This document shows, in pieces, positions 1 to 6,704 of a DNA stretch of 13,034 bases; the stretch's first letter is position 1, and every line of letters starts with the position of its first letter. The position numbers and the translations under genes are program-made. Source of the DNA: Candidatus Heimdallarchaeota archaeon (GTDB lineage: Archaea > Asgardarchaeota > Heimdallarchaeia > JABLTI01); NCBI GenBank assembly GCA_019058275.1, contig JAHLVW010000031.1:1-13034 (forward strand), in the 5' to 3' direction. The notes below the pieces were generated by a model. The model was given only the letters and a program-made list of their open reading frames with translations, was not told where the DNA came from and did not search any database.

Positions 1-22
1 GTCGTTCTATGTGCTGATACTG

Positions 23-976
23 TCATCCGACAAGCTTGAGATAGATCGGTCCTGAGATTTGTTTCTTATTTTCACAGATGACTGCTGTTGCAAGCTTCTT
101 TAAACCGAGATCAACTGCGAGCATGCGTTCTTTGTTCCCGTTCTCTCTTGCTTTTCGTTCTTTTGGGAACTCCCATGGAAATTGGAGAAAGAAGTATGTT
201 ACCCCTCCCTTCAAGGTTTTAGTTAGGAGTGTTGGTCTTCTTGGTTGCCTATTAAGACTCTTTTCCAGTTTTTTGTCTATCTTCTCAGGGATATATAGGT
301 AATCTTCATACCATTCCCAGTCTTGCTTGCTCTTTGGGTGGTGGACGATTGGAAGTTTAATTTTATAGCGAATCCTTTGTCCTTCCCGAGTAAATTGCAA
401 TGATTGCCCGTCATCTGGTCCAAAGGGAAAAGTGAATCTATTTAGGGTTGGTCTTACTAGCTGACAATAGGAGATCATCTGGGTATCTATTGCTAGTTTT
501 CTCTGCCAGTTCATAATCATTTGGATGGTTTGCTGCACCATGACTTTTTTATAGTAAGGATAGTTTTTCTTGGTACGGTATGTCTGCATTGCTATCCCTA
601 TCAACTTAGTTTCATGTGTTTCTCCACCGATTAATTTGATAACCTTCAAGCAATCATAATAACAGTTCATCCGTTTATATTGGCTTCTGATAATCCTCCC
701 TACCCGTTCTGCTATTCCTCTTCTGATTCTTGACGGAAGATAGATTGTCTGTCCTTCTCGTTCGAGTGTCACTTGTGTTTCATTTATGACTTTGTATGCT
801 TTCAGTTTGCTTGTTCCGAGTTTCGTAATCCAGTCATCTGACCAGAGTGTACTAAGTAATTTTTGTGCAGCTTCTTGTACCAAATCTCTGAAATACTGTA
901 AGGTAGTTTCAGAATATTCTGGTACGCTAACTTTGAATCGGTAGCTTTTGGTGATGGTGTGTTTCGAGGAGGACAT
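23..976 (-). pseudogene. tnpB: TnpB/Cas12f-like RNA-guided RuvC nuclease (IS200/IS605/IS607-associated), N-terminal part plus RuvC-I; apparently truncated by an in-frame TGA
   Basis: RuvC-I motif MLAVDLGLKKLATAVI (D289 at nt 110-112) is preceded by a WED-like strand (YFFLQFPWEF); the N-terminus TITKSYRFKV is typical of TnpB. TGA at 23-25 comes only 29 codons after D289, and the frame continues QYQHIER to the window edge. RuvC-II, the Zn finger and RuvC-III are not in the ORF. Confidence 0.75.
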
Positions 977-986
977 TTTTCTTCAA

Positions 987-1020
987 TAAATTATATATAC
1001 AGCTAGATATATATAATTTA
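987..1020. repeat. Perfect 13-bp inverted repeat TAAATTATATATA-(CAGCTAGA)-TATATATAATTTA just upstream of the tnpB-like start codon
   Basis: Arms 987-999 and 1008-1020 are exact reverse complements with an 8-nt loop. It lies in the divergent intergenic region between the tnpB-like and LAGLIDADG genes. Function (IS left-end hairpin, operator or back-to-back TATA boxes) is unknown. Confidence 0.8.
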
Positions 1021-1220
1021 AATAAGGAGTTTACCGAAAGTAATAATCATTTATTTAAAAGAATAGTTAACTAATTAATAATTCGTACAATAGTACAAAG
1101 GGGTATTTAATAGTTGAAAATCATACACATACATAGGAGGATGTCACAATAGCAGCTCATCTTCATTGGTCAAATGATCCATTACTACTGGATGGTGAAC
1201 CACAAACACAAAACAAGTGG

Positions 1221-2756
1221 GTGACAGCTAATGACCTTCTTGAGCACAATCAACGAGAAAAGCTATTTACCCCAGAGAATCAGTTTCAGCTATATTCAAT
1301 GATTGTTCGCAAACATGATTTTGTAACCGGTGAACGGTTACTCCAATCGTTTCCATATCTCCTCTTAGAAAATGACTGGTTAGTCAAGCTTCGTAAGAAA
1401 ACGTTATTACTAGCTGAAAACGTTCATTATTATTTCAAAAACACCCCTGCAGATTATTCGATTAAGGCTTGGCAAAAACGAATCATTCGCTATCTGGAAG
1501 AACAGGAGCGTTTACCGTTCCCACTTTTCCGTTTATATTACTCTTGGGAAGAATTCTTTCACAAAAAACAGTTTATTCAATTCCAATCTGCTCGAGGGGA
1601 ACATTTCCAACTACTACAATATCTCACAGAAGACCTTGCTTATCTCACAGGAGCTGTAATGGGAGACGGTCATCTTGCAGATTATTTTGTGAATATCATA
1701 GATGCTTCCAAAGAGCATATTACGATTTTAAATCAGCTTTTATTAAAGTTATTTAATTCGCGAACTGAATTCTTTATTCAACCTGATGCATTTGCTTGGA
1801 ATGTCAATATCCTTGGAAAATGGATCGTTCGTTTTTTTAATTTTCTTTCTGGACAACCAATAAGTGAAAGGAAATATCCTCATTTAAGAGAACCGTTACT
1901 ATTTCAAAAGAATGAATTTTACCGCAGGGCTTTTTGGCGAGGAATTATGGATGCTGATGGTAGTTATAAAACAAGGATTTCTTTTGGTTCTGCATCAGAA
2001 AAAATGGTAAAAGACTTTAGTAATTTCTTGGATACGAATAATATTAATCATAAAACATTTGCTATAAATTCTCAAATGGGTAAAGGTTATGGTCTACGCA
2101 TATCGGGTTTTTCGCGTGAAAAATATTCAAGAATTATCAGCACAAGTCATCCAATTAAACAAAAAGAAATGCAATCATTGTTACGAAGAAAAGCCATACC
2201 TCAACCTGAAGATAAGAAATGGCCTGGACAAGTGCAGGCATTCAATCAAGACCAATTCATTGATAATTTTTTTGACTTTTCAAAACTACCGACTCTATGT
2301 GTTTTGCATGCCGGAACAAAGGTTAAAGCATTGCGTATAGGAAATCATCTTTCTCAAATGAAATTAAGTCGGTTAATCCATCTTTCACGTTCACTAATTA
2401 GTCGGTATGAAAGCGGAGCTACTTCCATCCCACTATCATCTTTGGAGAAGATTCTCAAAGTAACCTCAACTCAATCACTCATGTCATTTCTTACTATTAA
2501 TTCATTTGATCTTTTTCAGAGGAACCAAACTACCATCCGCTTAGATTTGCAGCCAAATCCAAGATTATTAGCTCTCTTACAAGGTTTACAATTTCGAGAA
2601 GGTTATATCATCATTATTGGTTTGCAAGGAATCACCAAAGAACATTATAGGCAACAATTAGCTTCTTACTTTTCTATTCCATTGGGACAGCGAGTCAGAA
2701 GAATCTATAATTCAATTCTTGAAGAATATGTGAATGAATTTATAACAATTAGTTAG
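1221..2756 (+). CDS. Free-standing double-motif LAGLIDADG endonuclease-like protein with XRE/Cro-type HTH domain
   Basis: LAGLIDADG helices LAYLTGAVMGDGHL (D149) and RAFWRGIMDADGSY (D246). XRE-like HTH VKALRIGNHLSQMKLSRLIHLSRSLISRYESGATSIPLSSLEKIL at about aa 367-413. GTG start, but the frame is open upstream to 1137. Confidence 0.82.
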   Translation: MTANDLLEHNQREKLFTPENQFQLYSMIVRKHDFVTGERLLQSFPYLLLENDWLVKLRKKTLLLAENVHYYFKNTPADYSIKAWQKRIIRYLEEQERLPFPLFRLYYSWEEFFHKKQFIQFQSARGEHFQLLQYLTEDLAYLTGAVMGDGHLADYFVNIIDASKEHITILNQLLLKLFNSRTEFFIQPDAFAWNVNILGKWIVRFFNFLSGQPISERKYPHLREPLLFQKNEFYRRAFWRGIMDADGSYKTRISFGSASEKMVKDFSNFLDTNNINHKTFAINSQMGKGYGLRISGFSREKYSRIISTSHPIKQKEMQSLLRRKAIPQPEDKKWPGQVQAFNQDQFIDNFFDFSKLPTLCVLHAGTKVKALRIGNHLSQMKLSRLIHLSRSLISRYESGATSIPLSSLEKILKVTSTQSLMSFLTINSFDLFQRNQTTIRLDLQPNPRLLALLQGLQFREGYIIIIGLQGITKEHYRQQLASYFSIPLGQRVRRIYNSILEEYVNEFITIS

Positions 2757-3004
2757 CTAGAGGGCTGACAGATGTACTAACGGGAATCATATAGACTATG
2801 ACAATTTTTCAGAGGAATCTGTTAGAATTTTTCATTGGCTGTCTTTATTCTTGAGGAATTAAAAAGTGCAAAAGTACAATCAAATTATAAACTGAAAAAG
2901 GAACCTCTAAAACTGTGCGGGTTTATAAATGAAAGTTTAAAAGATCACTTGTTTTCATATAAATCCTTCATTTCTTTTAAAATTAGAATAGAATACTCTT
3001 AGTA

Positions 3005-3022
3005 AAAATAAAACTTTTATAA
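3005..3022 (+). promoter_or_regulatory. Candidate archaeal BRE/TATA promoter for the R-M gene
   Basis: Purine-rich AAAATAAAAC followed by TTTTATAA (3015-3022), about 80 nt upstream of ATG 3101; a GGTGA SD-like motif precedes the ATG. The AT-rich background makes this weak. Confidence 0.3.
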
Positions 3023-3100
3023 TTGCATAAATATAAGTCAATAGTTCAGAGTGTAGAAAAGAATGGTGCTGATTAATCAGACATTTATTGTGGTGAATTA

Positions 3101-6031
3101 ATGATAAGTATTAATGAATTACTGGATTTGTTTAAAGAAGATATAAAATTTTCTTATAGGCAAATTATTTTTGATGAAAAAAAAGAATTATCATCTAGTC
3201 ATTTAAAAATAAAGTCTGACCCTGAGGAATATACTAAAGAAATGTTAATAGAACCAATATTTGTCAAATTCAAACTTCAAAAAATTAAAGAAGTACATTT
3301 TAAGGGAGTAAAAGACGAAACAAGAAAAGTTGATTATTACTTAAAGAATTTAAAAGGAGCTAAATTTTTAGCAGAAGCTAAACCATTTAATGCTGATTTG
3401 TATAAAAAGGGACCAGAAGGTTGTATTAATCAGATTAAATGGTTATTTAGACTTGCAAAAGTTAAAGAAAATTATGAATTTGGAGTTGCTACTGATGGTG
3501 TCAAATGGATTTTCATTGATAAGGACGGTGTTATTGTACATACATTTGATTTGAGAGAAGATGAAAAGAGGATTGAAAAATTACTAACTGGAAAAGTAAA
3601 AGTATCATCTGAAAAAGTCGAAGAAGAAATTAGCAAAAAGTTTTACGAGTGGTATAAAGCACTTTTACATGGTGGAAAATATAGAGACCATGAAAACAAG
3701 TTAAAGTCAATCTCCACAGAAGCTTGTCTGGTTGAGAATATAATATTGGTTGAAGATCGAGATGAACGAGAACAAATTGCTCAAACTCTAATTAATAGAC
3801 TTATTTTTATCAAATTTCTATACTCAAAGGAAATTATAAAATTTGATATCTTAGAGTATTTATCCAAATTCCCAGAGGATATACTTAATGCGAAGCTAAA
3901 GGAGTTATTCTTCTATGTTTTAAACACTGAAAAGCAGAATAGGATTGATATCGACTCAAAATTTCAAGATATTCCTTATCTTAATGGTAGTCTATTTATT
4001 AGTACAATAGCTGAAGTGAAAAATATAAATTATAAAATCAAATCCAATATACTAAAAGAAGTATTAACATTCCTTGATTCTTTCAAATTTGTTCATACAG
4101 AAGATGTTTCAAATCAACAGGCATTAGATCCACAAATTCTTGGTTACATCTTTGAAAAAGCTATGACAGCTAAAGATAGGAAGGGAACAGGGGCTTATTA
4201 TACTCCTAGGTTTGTTACAAAGTATATTTCCAGTAATACAATTTATCCATATATAATTGATAGAGTAAACAAATTACTCAAGTCTAAGGGTTATAGAGAT
4301 TCAGAACTTGTAAAAAGTCTTGAAGAAATCTATATCTTAAGAGAAACAACCTTAAAAGAGATTTTTTTTACCATTCTTCAAAAAATTCGAATCTGTGATA
4401 ACGCTTGTGGTTCTGGTGCTTTTTTACTTTCAACAGCAAATGCCTTTTTGGAAGTGTTTTTAAGAATAAATAATGAGCTTAGATTAAAAAATTCAGAAAT
4501 TGCTCTAAGAAGATTAATATTGAAAAATAATCTATTTGGTATTGATATTAATCCCAATGCAATTGAAATTGCTAAGCTAAGATTATGGCTTTGGTTAGTT
4601 ACAGTTTACAATCCTGATAAAGTTAAACCTTTACCTAATATAGATTTCAATTTGAGAGTTGGAAATAGTCTTATTGGTTTTGTTGACACTGCTAAATTCA
4701 GAAACCACAAAATGACTTTGGATGATTATTTCAATCATGAAGAATCCTTACATTTATGGTTGAGAAAAAGAGAGGAAACTATTACAAAATACAGAGAAGC
4801 AGAAGGAATACAAACTGCTCTTCTTAAAGCTGAGATAGATAAAATAGACATAAAAGTAAAGAATAATTTAGATAAGAATCTATATCAAGAAATTGTGAAA
4901 AATGAAAAACTTTCTGTTGAAGAATTTCGAAGAATAAAAGCTCCATTCCATTGGGGCTTTGAATTTTTCGACATCTTTAATTGTAGTAAAGAAGAGGAAA
5001 GGGGTTTTGATATCATGATTGGTAATCCACCATATGGCAATATTTTAACTTTAGAAGAGAAAAAAGCGATTCCAAGTTATCAAACAAAAGATGCTAATGA
5101 AATTGCTGCTAATTTTATTGAAAAAACTTTGGAAATTGTGAAAAAAGATGGATATATGGGTCTCATTGTTGCGAACTCAATTGCTATAAATAAAAGCACT
5201 TCATCTATAAGGACATTGATAAGAGACAATATGTCAAAGAGTAAGATGGCTTTGTTTGGCACTCGTCCTGCAAAAATCTTTGCTGATGCAGAGATTAGAG
5301 TTCTAATCTTTTTAGGACAGAAAAATTGTCCAGAGAAGCCTGGAATCATTTACACTACGGAAGCAATTAAGTTTACTAAAGAGCAAAGAAATTCCCTTTT
5401 AGAAAATCTCATATTTGAAAGTACCGAAGGAATTACTTTGGGAAGGGAAAAAATCGGGGATGGTCAAGATGATGTTAGTTTACCAAAAGTTGGATCACCT
5501 ATTAGTAGAAGAATTTTAATAAAATTAAAAGATGGTTCTGATAGGGTCTTTTATAACAGAATTAATAAAAATGGATTTCAAGAAAAGATGGAATTTCGTA
5601 AAACTGGAGGTTACTGGTTAAATGGTCTTGAAAAAATGCCTTATAAATCAACCAAAATTGAAGAACTGAAATTTGAAACAATTGTAGAAAGGGATTTTTG
5701 TATTTTAGTGATAAATTCATCGTTATTCTATTTATATTGGTCAACTTATAGCAACCTTCGAGACTTTCCAAGAAGCTTACTAGAAAAATTTCCTTTCCCG
5801 AAAACAGAAATTCTAGAAGAAAATAAAGAGAAAATTATGAATCTGAAAAATATGGTTTCAATTTGCTTATTAGATTGTTTTATTTCAGATAGAGGAAGAG
5901 TTGGTGAATTCCAGACAGGATTATGCAGAAAAATCATTGATTTAATTGATGATTTTCTAGGTCCTCTTTATGGATTTACAGAAACTGAAATTGATTATAT
6001 CAAAAAGTATGATAATCATATAAGAAAATAG
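3101..6031 (+). CDS. Type IIG (Eco57I/TaqI-like) fused restriction endonuclease / N6-adenine DNA methyltransferase
   Basis: N-terminal HsdR_N-like PD-(D/E)xK nuclease (PEEYTKEMLIEP...VD78YYL...AE92AK94...GVATDGVKW). MTase motif X GAYYTP, motif I ICDNACGSGAFL (D433), LFGIDINPNAIEIAKLRLWL and motif IV FDIMIGNPPY (N642) occur in gamma-class order. A C-terminal TRD-like region ends in LYGFTETEIDYI. Confidence 0.9.
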   Translation: MISINELLDLFKEDIKFSYRQIIFDEKKELSSSHLKIKSDPEEYTKEMLIEPIFVKFKLQKIKEVHFKGVKDETRKVDYYLKNLKGAKFLAEAKPFNADLYKKGPEGCINQIKWLFRLAKVKENYEFGVATDGVKWIFIDKDGVIVHTFDLREDEKRIEKLLTGKVKVSSEKVEEEISKKFYEWYKALLHGGKYRDHENKLKSISTEACLVENIILVEDRDEREQIAQTLINRLIFIKFLYSKEIIKFDILEYLSKFPEDILNAKLKELFFYVLNTEKQNRIDIDSKFQDIPYLNGSLFISTIAEVKNINYKIKSNILKEVLTFLDSFKFVHTEDVSNQQALDPQILGYIFEKAMTAKDRKGTGAYYTPRFVTKYISSNTIYPYIIDRVNKLLKSKGYRDSELVKSLEEIYILRETTLKEIFFTILQKIRICDNACGSGAFLLSTANAFLEVFLRINNELRLKNSEIALRRLILKNNLFGIDINPNAIEIAKLRLWLWLVTVYNPDKVKPLPNIDFNLRVGNSLIGFVDTAKFRNHKMTLDDYFNHEESLHLWLRKREETITKYREAEGIQTALLKAEIDKIDIKVKNNLDKNLYQEIVKNEKLSVEEFRRIKAPFHWGFEFFDIFNCSKEEERGFDIMIGNPPYGNILTLEEKKAIPSYQTKDANEIAANFIEKTLEIVKKDGYMGLIVANSIAINKSTSSIRTLIRDNMSKSKMALFGTRPAKIFADAEIRVLIFLGQKNCPEKPGIIYTTEAIKFTKEQRNSLLENLIFESTEGITLGREKIGDGQDDVSLPKVGSPISRRILIKLKDGSDRVFYNRINKNGFQEKMEFRKTGGYWLNGLEKMPYKSTKIEELKFETIVERDFCILVINSSLFYLYWSTYSNLRDFPRSLLEKFPFPKTEILEENKEKIMNLKNMVSICLLDCFISDRGRVGEFQTGLCRKIIDLIDDFLGPLYGFTETEIDYIKKYDNHIRK

Positions 6032-6053
6032 TGAAGAGAATTCTGAAGATTCA

Positions 6054-6677
6054 TCATTCATTTCTATAAAGTTTCTTTAGGGGAATATTCCTTATAGGAT
6101 CATTTATATCAGAATCATCTATAACCATTATGATTTTTTCATTTCTATGATTATTAGAAGGCACCCAACATCCTGTCCCATAGACTCTTTGTCGTTCATT
6201 ATAGAATCGTCTGTGGAGATGGCTGAAGATCACATGGTGTTCTGGTGTTATTTTTGGCAACCACTTTCTAGGTTTAGTTATCAGTCCTTCTTTTGCTCTT
6301 ATTGCTGCTAATTCCTCTTCTCCTTCTTTGATTGCATATAATCCCACTTTGTTCCCATGAACACAGATCATTCTCCCAATTTTAGTGTCAAGTTCTGCAT
6401 AATCATTCATTGGTAACCCCCAAAAATCATCAAGCACTCCATCATGAATGGATGATGATCGAACAAAGAATAATTTAGTTATAAAATTCTCTTTTTCAGC
6501 GTGTTCAATAAATCCTTGAAATAATTTTCGAGCATAGTCTGATGTACTATCCAGAAAGTCACCATTAAGTATTATAACATCCATTTTAGGTGCAACCAAA
6601 GTAATAGCTTGTAAGAATTCGCTCCTATAACAGTTCGGATAATCATAGTGCACGTCACCGAATACTGTAATTTTCAC
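6054..6677 (-). CDS. Calcineurin-like metallophosphoesterase (LpxH/YbbF-like motif pattern)
   Basis: FGD8VH10, ILNGD40FLD, SSSIH78DG (variant of GNHD), VH107G, FSH153LH155 and C-terminal YGTGCW. GTG start 27 nt downstream of the helicase stop; ends in tandem TGA TGA. Confidence 0.85.
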   Translation of the reverse strand: MKITVFGDVHYDYPNCYRSEFLQAITLVAPKMDVIILNGDFLDSTSDYARKLFQGFIEHAEKENFITKLFFVRSSSIHDGVLDDFWGLPMNDYAELDTKIGRMICVHGNKVGLYAIKEGEEELAAIRAKEGLITKPRKWLPKITPEHHVIFSHLHRRFYNERQRVYGTGCWVPSNNHRNEKIIMVIDDSDINDPIRNIPLKKLYRNE

Positions 6678-6704
6678 CTTTAGTCATTCCTTCATTTCAG
6701 TTTT

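Noticed and set aside
23-25. Alternative genetic code (TGA reassigned) explaining the tnpB stop
   Set aside because: The helicase and phosphoesterase genes terminate at TGA, and the other long ORFs have no internal TGA.
1064-1073. Palindrome TAGTTAACTA
   Set aside because: Only 10 bp in a very AT-rich tract; expected by chance.
1221-2756. Intein
   Set aside because: No N-terminal Cys/Ser block A, no C-terminal His-Asn and no flanking extein.
977-3100. CRISPR array or mini-array in the intergenic regions 977-1220 and 2757-3100
   Set aside because: No repeated 25-40 nt unit with regular spacing was seen; only very short repeats such as GTACAA x2 at 1085-1098.
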